Source of the DNA: an uncultured Chloroflexia bacterium
GTDB lineage: Bacteria; Chloroflexota; Limnocylindria; Limnocylindrales; CSP1-4
NCBI GenBank assembly: GCA_963802165.1
Contig: CAWDHT010000030.1
Span: 84,684 to 148,683 of the forward strand
DNA length: 64,000 nt
Direction: 5' to 3'
The position numbers and the translations under genes are program-made. Numbering within the stretch: the first letter of the stretch is position 1; every line of letters starts with the position of its first letter. Below the pieces are notes generated by a model. It did not search any database. It was not told where the DNA came from and saw only the letters and a program-made list of their open reading frames with translations. Below are positions 53,108 to 64,000 of the stretch, piece by piece.

Positions 53108-54291
53108 GCCGGATCCTGGTCGCGATGTCCGGGGGCGTGGACAGCTCGGTCGCCGCCGCCCTGCTCCACGAGCAGGGCCACGAGGTCGTCGGCGTCTGGA
53201 TGCGGCTCCACGACGTCGCCGACAGCACCGCCGAGTTCCGGAAGAGCTGCTGCTCCGCGGACGCCGCCGATGATGCCCGGCGCGTCGCCGCCCGGCTCGG
53301 GATCCCGTTCTACGTCATGAACCTGGAGCGGGAATTCGGGGCCGGCGTCATCGAGCCGTTCGTCGCGGCCTACCTCGACGGCCGCACGCCCAGCCCGTGC
53401 GTCGACTGCAACACGATCGTCAAGTTCGGTGCCCTGCTGGGCCGTGCCCGGCAGCTCTACGGCTGTGAGGCGGTCGCCACCGGACACTACGCGCGGCGCC
53501 GGGTGGTGGAGACGCCGGATGGCCCACGGGCGGTCCTCACCCTGGCCGCGGACGCGGCCAAGGACCAGACCTACTTCCTCTACGGGTTGCGCCAGGAACA
53601 GCTGTGGCACAGCCGGTTCCCGCTGGGCGACCTGACCAAGCCGGAGGTGCGCGAGGTCGCCCGCGGCCTGGGCCTCGTGACGGCCGACAAGCCCGAGAGC
53701 CAGGAGATCTGCTTCGTGCCCGGCGGCGACTACCGCGCGGAGCTGCGGACGCGCGGCGGCTGGGCACCGGAGCCCGGGCCCGTGTTCGACGCCGACGGAT
53801 CCCGCATCGGCGAGCACGATGGGTCGGCCGGCTTCACGGTCGGCCAGCGCAAGGGGCTGGGCGTGGCGATGGGGGAGCCGCGCTACGTGTCGCGCATCGA
53901 CCCCGCGACGAACGCGATCGTGCTCGGCCGGCGCGAGGACCTCGAGACGCGCGACCGTGCCGCTGGAGGGCGGCTGACCTTCGTGGCGGACACCCCGCCG
54001 GCCGGCCGCAGCCCGGACGGGTCCTGGGCGCCGTTCCGGGCCGTCGGTCCGCATCCGCCATCGCGCGCCGCTGGTGGACGCGTGGGTGCGCCCCGCGTCC
54101 GCGGACGGAGCCGGCTCGTGGCGGCGCCTGGACCGTCGAGACCGACACTCCCGTGTGGGCCGTCGCACCGGGACAGGCCTGCGCGCTGTACGACGGCGAC
54201 ACGTGTCTCGGCGGTGGCCGGATCGGCGCTCAGCGAGCGTCGACGGGACCGCTCGCGGATGCGAGGGAGACGCGTCGGGGTGCCCGCATGA
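53104..54291 (+). CDS. mnmA: tRNA U34 2-thiouridylase MnmA (several frameshifts 53950-54240)
   Basis: [47 protein letters not shown] and [16 protein letters not shown]. Confidence 0.93.
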   Translation: MSRILVAMSGGVDSSVAAALLHEQGHEVVGVWMRLHDVADSTAEFRKSCCSADAADDARRVAARLGIPFYVMNLEREFGAGVIEPFVAAYLDGRTPSPCVDCNTIVKFGALLGRARQLYGCEAVATGHYARRRVVETPDGPRAVLTLAADAAKDQTYFLYGLRQEQLWHSRFPLGDLTKPEVREVARGLGLVTADKPESQEICFVPGGDYRAELRTRGGWAPEPGPVFDADGSRIGEHDGSAGFTVGQRKGLGVAMGEPRYVSRIDPATNAIVLGRREDLETRDRAAGGRLTFVADTPPAGRSPDGSWAPFRAVGPHPPSRAAGGRVGAPRVRGRSRLVAAPGPSRPTLPCGPSHRDRPARCTTATRVSAVAGSALSERRRDRSRMRGRRVGVPA

Positions 54292-54570
54292 CCCTCGACC
54301 CGGCGCTCCCGCTCGCCGTCCTCGTCGGCTTCGTGTGCACGGCGGTCTACGTGCTCGTGCGCGGCGATGCCGGCGGGACGACTGCCGGTGACGTTCGTGG
54401 CCGCGGTCCTTGGCGCCTGGGCGGGAGCAGCGATCGGCGGCCGGCTGGGCATCACCTTCCTCGCGATCGGGGACTTTGCCCTGGTGCCGGCGGTGATCGT
54501 CTCGGGGATCGCGATCGGCATCGTCGCCATCCTCGCCACCCTGGGTCCACAGTCGCGAAAGGCAGGCTGA
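54288..54570 (+). CDS. Small three-TM membrane protein (frameshift ~54378)
   Basis: [26 protein letters not shown] + [33 protein letters not shown] coupling to mnmA. Confidence 0.6.
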
Positions 54571-54571
54571 C

Positions 54572-57696
<3,125 letters not shown>

Positions 57697-58959
57697 ATGT
57701 CGTTCCTGCGCCGTATCTGGAACCGCGACGAAGGGCCCGTCCCGGCCGCCTGCACCGCGTTGGACATCGGGACGGAGTTCGCCAAGGCCCTCGTGTTCGA
57801 GATCGACGAGACGGGCCACGGGACCGTGCGCGGGGTCGGCCGAAGGCGCCAGGGCCTGTCCCACATGCAATCGGGCACGGTCGCCGACATCGCCGCGGTC
57901 GTGGACAACTGCGCGGTCGCGCTCCAGGAAGCCGAGGAGATGGCCGGGTTCCGGCCGACCCAGGTCGTGATCGGGATCGCAGGCGAGCTGGTCAAGGGCT
58001 TCACCACGACCCTGACCCAGGAGCGGAAGAAGCCCGAGACCCCGATCAACGACGCCGAGCTCGTGAAGCTGATCGACAGCGTCCAGCGCGAGGCGCTCAA
58101 GGAGGCCGAGCGCTCGATCACCTGGGAGACCGGCCTCCCACACGTGGACGTGCGACTCGTGCACAGTGCCATCGTGGGGGCCTCGATCGACGGCTACGGC
58201 CTCTCCAACCCGGTCGGGTTCCAGGGTCGCCACATCAAGATCGGCATCTTCAACGCATTCGCCCCGCTGGTGCACCTGGGGGCGCTCCAGTCGGTGGCGA
58301 GCCAGCTCGACCTGGAGCTGCTCGAGATCGTTGCGGAGCCCTATGCCGTGGCCCGCGTCCTGGGCGCGGAGCACGTCCGCCAGGCCGGTGCGCTGTTCGT
58401 CGACGTCGGCGGCGGCACCACCGACGTGGCCCTGGTTCGCCAGGGCGGCATCGAGGGGACGCGGATGTTCGCGCTCGGCGGCCGCGCGTTCACCAAGTCC
58501 ATCGCGGACCGCCTTGACCTGCCCTTCCCGCGGGCGGAGTCGCTCAAGGTGGACTACGCCCGCGGTCTCGAGATCGACGAGCACGATGCCGTCGCGGAGA
58601 TCGTGCGCGACGACGTCGCGGTCTGGGCGGCCGGCGTGGAGCTCGTGATGGAGGAGCTGGCCGCCGGCGAGATGCTGCCGTCGCGCATCCACCTGTGTGG
58701 TGGTGGATCCCGGCTGCCGGAGATCCGCGAGGCGCTCGCCTCCGAGCGCTTCTGGAAGCGGATGCCGTTCGCCCGCCCGCCGGAGGTCGCCATCATGGCC
58801 CCCGGCCAGGTTGAAGCCATCACGGACGCCACGGACCTGCTGGTGGATCAGCAGGACGTCACGCCGCTGGGTCTCGCCTGGCAGGCCATCGAGATCCAGA
58901 CCTCCGAGGATCCCCTCGACGCCGCGCTGCGCCGCGTCCTGCGGGTCATGAAGGTCTAG
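57697..58959 (+). CDS. FtsA-like actin-fold ATPase (orphan, outside dcw cluster)
   Basis: ALDIGTE, SGTVADI..AEEMAG, IVAEPYA, VDVGGGTTDV, GGRAFT..AESLK and CGGGSRLP. Confidence 0.85.
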   Translation: MSFLRRIWNRDEGPVPAACTALDIGTEFAKALVFEIDETGHGTVRGVGRRRQGLSHMQSGTVADIAAVVDNCAVALQEAEEMAGFRPTQVVIGIAGELVKGFTTTLTQERKKPETPINDAELVKLIDSVQREALKEAERSITWETGLPHVDVRLVHSAIVGASIDGYGLSNPVGFQGRHIKIGIFNAFAPLVHLGALQSVASQLDLELLEIVAEPYAVARVLGAEHVRQAGALFVDVGGGTTDVALVRQGGIEGTRMFALGGRAFTKSIADRLDLPFPRAESLKVDYARGLEIDEHDAVAEIVRDDVAVWAAGVELVMEELAAGEMLPSRIHLCGGGSRLPEIREALASERFWKRMPFARPPEVAIMAPGQVEAITDATDLLVDQQDVTPLGLAWQAIEIQTSEDPLDAALRRVLRVMKV

Positions 58960-58968
58960 GCGGGCGCC

Positions 58969-60751
58969 GTGGCCACCATCGTCTACCTCGACGCCGACGA
59001 CGAGATCACGTCCGCGGCCAACCGGATCCGCCAGGCGGACGACGCCCGGGTGGCCCTGGTGATCCCGTTCGGGTCTCGCGTGGCGACCTCGCGGATCAAC
59101 TTCAAGCTGCTCGCCCGCGAGGCCATGATCAACGGCCGGCGGCTGGACATCGTCGCGCCCGACGCGTCGGCGCGGGCGCTTGCGGCATCAGCCGGGCTCC
59201 CGGTCTTCGGCTCGGTGGGCGAGTACGAGGCCGCGCTGGACGCGCCGGCTCCGCCGGACGAGTCGGCAGCCACGGCCGCCACCGCCGTCGGACTCGCGGC
59301 CGCCGCGACGGCCGCGACCGCCGTCGACCGCCTCGACCGCCTCGACCGGCGCCAACGCCGTGGGCGGCATCCCCGTGGCCCCTGCCGCGGCCGATCCCGT
59401 CCTCGCCGCCGCCCGCGAGGCCGAGCTCGACGCGATCGTCCACCGCGGCCGCGAGATCCCCGTTGCGAAGCCACGGCGCCGGGGTGTCCGCGCGGGGCTC
59501 GTCGTCGGGTTCCTGGTGCTTGCCCTCGCGGTCGTCGCTGCGGGCGCCGCCGCCTACGTCGTGCTGCCCTCGGCGGAGATCACCGTCACGCCCCGGATCG
59601 AGGACATCGGCCCCATCGACGTCACGGTTCGCGCCGACCCTGCCGCAACGGCGGTGGACGAGGCAGCGGGCGTCATCCCCGCCCAGACCATTGACATCCC
59701 CGTGGAGGTCAGCGGCGACTTCGCCGCCACGGGCAAGCGAACCGTGACGACGCCCGCAACTGGCGGCGTGCGCTGGAAGAACTGCGACCCGTCGGCGTCC
59801 TACACGATCCCGCGGGGCACGACCGTCCGCACCGCGAGCGGCGTCGCGTTCACCATCGACGAATCCGTGTTCCTGCCGGTGGCCGTCATCTCCGGGACCG
59901 GCACCAAGCTGGACCTCAAGTGCCAGACGAGCGAGGTCGCCATCACCGCGGCCAAGGAGGGTCCGGCCGGCAACGTCGCTGCGGGCACCATTCGCATCGT
60001 CCCGGCGCGCTACAACCGGACGCTCATCACGGTCAACAACCCGAAGGCCACGACGGGTGGCACGAAGGAGGAGTTCACGCGGGTCTCGAAGAAGGATGTC
60101 GACGCGGCGCTCGCGACCCTGGACGAGGACCTCCAGGCGCAGTTCCAGGCGGCACTCGAGAATCCGGAAGGCGTCCCGGCGGGCGCCACGGCGTTCCCGG
60201 AGACCGCCGCGCTCGGCGAGCCGGTGCCCACCGTCGATCCGCAGTCGCTCGTCAACAAGGAGGTCGACACCTTCACCCTCGGCCTCACCGCGAACGGAAC
60301 CGTGCTGGCGGTCGATGCCTCGCCGGTCGAGGCCATCGTCGAGTCGGCGCTCAAGGACGCGGTCAGGCCCGGTTACGACCTGATCGACGGGTCAACCAGG
60401 GTCGCAGTGGGCGACGGGACCGTGGACGGGACGACCGTGGTGTTCGCGGCGGCGGGCACGGCCGAACAGGTGCGTCCCGTGGACGGAGAGGCATTGCGGC
60501 AGCAGGTCCTCGGCCTGCCGGAGGAGGAGGCGAGGGCGATCCTCGAGCCCTACGGCGAGGTGAGCCTGGCGTTCTGGCCCGGCTTCGCGAGCAGCGTGCC
60601 CACCCTCCAGCAGCGTGTCACCCTCGTGGTCCTGGACGCCGTGGATCCCACGCCCGATGTCGCCCCGGTCCCCGCGACGCCGGCGCCCACGGAGGCACCA
60701 ACCAGGTCGCCCGACGGCGAGGTTCCCAGCGAGCCGCTACCATCCGGCTGA
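58969..60751 (+). CDS. Single-pass membrane protein with baseplate J/gp47-like extracellular domain (frameshift ~59330)
   Basis: Cytoplasmic N-domain IVYLDADDEITS..LVIP..INFKLLAREA, one TM, then ATGGV..TIPRGTTVRT..VAITAAKEGPAGNVAAGTI..VNNPKATTGG. Confidence 0.75.
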
Positions 60752-60851
60752 TGCACCAGCCCCGACTGACGGTCGCCCGCGGGTTTCGCGTGCCGCGCGC
60801 CGTCCGGCCGTCTCGATCCGGTTCCACGACCCCATCCGCATACCGCTCGTG

Positions 60852-61376
60852 GTGAGCCGCGTGCTGGGCATCGACCTCGGCACGCGCCGGATCGGGCTGG
60901 CCGTCGCTGACGAGGGCATCGGCATCGCGCGGCCGCTCGCCACCCTGAATCGCGGCGCAACCATCGAGGCGGACGCCGCGGCGATCGGCCGGGTCTGCGG
61001 GGAGCAGGGCGTGTCCGAGCTGGTCGTCGGTCTTCCCGTGGAGGCGAAGGGGCAGGAGGGCGCGATGGCGGTCGCAGCCCGCGACTGGGCCTCGGCGATC
61101 GCGGCGCGTCTGGCGCTGCCGGTCGCGCTGCGCGACGAGCGCCTGTCCTCGTTCGAGGCCGAGCGGCGTCTTGGTCGGATGCCGCGTGGTCGGTCCGGCG
61201 GCGCGCCGACCCGGACCCAGCGGAACGCCTTCCGGGCGCGAATCGATCGGGAGGCCGCAAGCGTCATCCTCCAGGACGAGCTGGACGCGAGGCGGACGGG
61301 GATCCCCCCGGTGCCCGGCACGCCAGTGGCCCCGGTGTACGGGGACCCGGACGGCAACGCGAAGGAGCAGCGATGA
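60852..61376 (+). CDS. ruvX: RuvX/YqgF pre-16S rRNA nuclease
   Basis: LGIDLGTRRIGLAVAD, LVVGLP, DERLSSFEA and IDREAASVILQ. Confidence 0.92.
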   Translation: MSRVLGIDLGTRRIGLAVADEGIGIARPLATLNRGATIEADAAAIGRVCGEQGVSELVVGLPVEAKGQEGAMAVAARDWASAIAARLALPVALRDERLSSFEAERRLGRMPRGRSGGAPTRTQRNAFRARIDREAASVILQDELDARRTGIPPVPGTPVAPVYGDPDGNAKEQR

Positions 61377-62770
61377 GCGTCAGGGGCGGGCGCGGTCCGC
61401 GCGAGGACATGGCCGCGCCGGTCTCGGACGGGGGTGGGAGGCGCCCCAACGGCTACCAGCGCACCGGACGCTACGGCCGGGGGCCGGGCGACCAGCGCCG
61501 CTACGACCGGTACGGCGATCGCGGTGGAGGCCTGGGTGGCTTTCTCCGTTTCGTTCTGTTCCTGGTCGTGCTGGCCGTCGTCGTGCTCGTCGCCCTGACC
61601 ACGTTCGCCCGGCCGATCGTCCGACTCGCCGTGGTTCCCTGGGCAGAGGGCAACGCCGGCGCGCTCCGGATCGGGTTCGTGCAGGACCTCGTCCGAGAGG
61701 ACCTGGGCGAGTCGCTGACCCGTCCCGCCGCGGGTGGCGCGACAGAGACCGAGTTCACGGTGGAGCCCGGCGACACGCCCACCACCCTGGCGCCGCGGCT
61801 CGCCGAGGCGGGAATCATCAGCTCCGAACGGGCATTCCTGTTCGAGGCCCGTCTCAACGGACTCACCTCGAAGCTCAAGGCGGGCCGCTATGCCCTGGCG
61901 ATGAACCTCACGCCCGGGGAGGTCGTCAGCGGCCTGGCGGATGCCAACAACCAGATCGTGCATCGCACCCAGGACGTCACCTTCCGCGAAGGGCTGCGCC
62001 TGGAGCAGATGACCGCCAAGCTCGCCACCCTCACGGGGACCGACGTGGATCCCGAGGCGTTCTACAAGCTCGTCACCGAGCCCACGGACGCCCTCCTGGG
62101 CGACTACCCGTGGCTGATCGACGAGAAGGTCCGCCCCAAGGGCGCCTCGCTCGAGGGCTTCCTGTACCCGGCGACCTATACCCTGCGGACAGACGTCAAG
62201 GACTCCACGACCGCGGAGGACCTCGTGCGCATGATGCTCGACGCGTTCTACGGGGCTGTTGGACCCGAGCGGCTCGCCGTTCCCGAGAAGCGGGGACTCA
62301 CGTTCTACGAGGTGCTCACGCTCGCCTCGATCGTCGAGCGCGAGGCCGTGCTCGACGAGGAACGTCCGCAGATCGCCGGCGTCTACCAGAACCGGATCGA
62401 CCGGGTGCCCAGCGTCAAGCACGGCCTGCTCCAGGCCGATCCGACGAACATCTACGCCGTGGACACCGTGAACCTGGGCGAGTACGACCCGGCCTGGGTG
62501 AAGTACAAGTTCTGGACGGTGCCCAAGGGAGTCAAGCTCAGTGACGTCGCGCTCCCCGAGAACCTGGCCGGGTTCAACACCTACAAGGTCCGCGGCCTGC
62601 CGCCCGGGCCGATCGCCACGCCCACGCTCGCCTCGCTCGAGGCGGCCCTGGCCCCGGACACGAAGAGCGGCTACACCTACTTCGTCGCCATCCCCGAGGG
62701 CAAGGGCGCGCACGACTTCTCGAAGTCGCTCGCCGAGCACGAGAAGAAGCTCAAGAAGTACGGCTACTAG
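61373..62770 (+). CDS. mltG: Endolytic transglycosylase MltG
   Basis: TM, LKAGRY, TFREGL, LEGFLYPATY, ASIVEREA, LQADPT and NTYKVRGLPPGPI. Confidence 0.93.
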   Translation: MSVRGGRGPREDMAAPVSDGGGRRPNGYQRTGRYGRGPGDQRRYDRYGDRGGGLGGFLRFVLFLVVLAVVVLVALTTFARPIVRLAVVPWAEGNAGALRIGFVQDLVREDLGESLTRPAAGGATETEFTVEPGDTPTTLAPRLAEAGIISSERAFLFEARLNGLTSKLKAGRYALAMNLTPGEVVSGLADANNQIVHRTQDVTFREGLRLEQMTAKLATLTGTDVDPEAFYKLVTEPTDALLGDYPWLIDEKVRPKGASLEGFLYPATYTLRTDVKDSTTAEDLVRMMLDAFYGAVGPERLAVPEKRGLTFYEVLTLASIVEREAVLDEERPQIAGVYQNRIDRVPSVKHGLLQADPTNIYAVDTVNLGEYDPAWVKYKFWTVPKGVKLSDVALPENLAGFNTYKVRGLPPGPIATPTLASLEAALAPDTKSGYTYFVAIPEGKGAHDFSKSLAEHEKKLKKYGY

Positions 62771-62771
62771 G

Positions 62772-63995
62772 ATGCCGGTCCCCAAGGGCCTTCCCGTCCC
62801 GGCGGACTTCGCGCCGCCGCCCGACGCAGGGACCCGCGCCCGCTGGCGCGATGCCGAGCGGTCGCAGTTGTCCGGACGCCTGGAGCTCCTGCGCGCGCGC
62901 ATGGCGGCCGAGGACGTCGAGGCCTACTTCGGCGTGAAGCGCGAGCACATGCGCTGGCTGACCGGGTTCACCCTGGCCGACGGCGAGGAGAAGGTGGCCG
63001 GGCACTCCGGCCAGCTGCTGGTCGGGCCCGAGGACGTCGTCCTCGTCACCGACTCCCGGTACACCATCCAGGCGCGCCGCGAGGCGCCCGACGCGGTGGT
63101 CGACGAGATCGGCTACGACCTCGTCGGTGCCTGGCAGCGCCTCGCGGACCGCGCAGGGGCCCGGCGCGTGGCCGTGGAGGCCACCGCGGTGTCCCATGCG
63201 CTGTGGGAGCGGCTGGCCGCTGTGGCGCCGGACGTGGAGCTCGTGGCGGCCGATGGCTGGATCGAGGCGATGCGGGCCGTCAAGACTCCCGACGAGATCG
63301 AGCGGATCGCGGCGGCCTGCGCGGTCGCCGACAGGGCGCTGGCGGCGTTGCTTCCCGAGATCCGGCCCGGGGTCACGGAGCACGACCTGGCCCTGCGCCT
63401 CGAGTGGCTGATGCGCACGGGCGGTGCGGAGGCCCTGGCCTTCGACGTGGCCTGCCTCGCCGGCCCCGAGGCCGCGTTGCCGCACGGGTCGCCCGGTGAC
63501 CGCCCGGTCGTCTCTGGCGAAGTCCTCCTGTTCGACTTCGGCGCCCAGGTCGAGGGCTACCGCAGCGACATGACCCGGACGCTGTTCGTGGGCGAGCCGG
63601 CCGCGCGTGACCTGGCCGTGTACGACCTCGTGCGGCGGGCCCAGCAGGCCCCGATCGATGAGCTGCAGGCGCGCGTCGCGGATGGCGCGATCCCGGACGG
63701 GCATGCGCTCGACGCCCTCGCCCGCGGGGTGATCGATGCCGACGGGAGCTGGCCGGCGTACGGTCACGGCCTGGGTCACGGGATCGGTCTCGCAACCCAC
63801 GAGGAGCCACGGCTGTCGCGGACCGCGCCCGAGACGCCGCTCCCCAGCCCCACGGTGTTCAGCGTGGAGCCCGGGATCTACCTCGAGGGCGAGACGGGGG
63901 TCCGCATCGAGGACGTCGTCCACCTGGACGCGTCCCGCGGCGTCGTCGAGCTCCTGACCCGCTTCCCGCGCGACGTGATCGCCCTGGCGGGATGA
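62772..63995 (+). CDS. Xaa-Pro aminopeptidase (M24 family)
   Basis: TDSRY, RAVKTPDEI, LPHG, DFGA..GYRSDMTRT, HGLGHGIG..HEEP and EPGIY..GVRIED. Confidence 0.93.
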   Translation: MPVPKGLPVPADFAPPPDAGTRARWRDAERSQLSGRLELLRARMAAEDVEAYFGVKREHMRWLTGFTLADGEEKVAGHSGQLLVGPEDVVLVTDSRYTIQARREAPDAVVDEIGYDLVGAWQRLADRAGARRVAVEATAVSHALWERLAAVAPDVELVAADGWIEAMRAVKTPDEIERIAAACAVADRALAALLPEIRPGVTEHDLALRLEWLMRTGGAEALAFDVACLAGPEAALPHGSPGDRPVVSGEVLLFDFGAQVEGYRSDMTRTLFVGEPAARDLAVYDLVRRAQQAPIDELQARVADGAIPDGHALDALARGVIDADGSWPAYGHGLGHGIGLATHEEPRLSRTAPETPLPSPTVFSVEPGIYLEGETGVRIEDVVHLDASRGVVELLTRFPRDVIALAG

Positions 63996-64000
63996 CGTGA

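Noticed and set aside
58969-60751. Prophage or contractile injection system
   Set aside because: No sheath, tube, capsid, terminase or other baseplate genes. The protein has a TM anchor and lies in a housekeeping operon.

Overview
Very GC-rich (by eye >70%), gene-dense core-chromosome segment of a bacterium. Gene content and synteny suggest Chloroflexota, possibly a Limnocylindria-like lineage (inference, not tested). About 50 CDS are present. They include ftsH, an M20 dipeptidase, a stand-alone DnaB-like ATPase, ppa-thpR-trpB2, tyrA-NUDIX-nfeD-SPFH, a REC-CpaE ATPase, comM-dprA, topA-xerC-murJ-two Fem ligases-murE, rel, MerR/MFS, hisS-aspS, a four-gene ABC exporter with two giant permeases, typA, a 4x YbaY surface protein, iscS-mnmA, alaS, ruvX-mltG and an M24 peptidase. 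I found no rRNA, tRNA, CRISPR, transposase or prophage. Many essential genes carry single-base frameshifts, most likely unpolished long-read errors. The best candidate for an undescribed system is an orphan FtsA-like actin-fold ATPase paired with a single-pass membrane protein bearing a phage baseplate-J-like extracellular domain, inserted in the alaS-ruvX-mltG operon. Other notable items are a strand-asymmetric G.A-paired intergenic hairpin, widespread leaderless promoters, a MerR operator, a degenerate NTP-transferase and a non-DAP, Fem-bridged peptidoglycan cluster. All family assignments come from motif recognition by eye, with no database searches.
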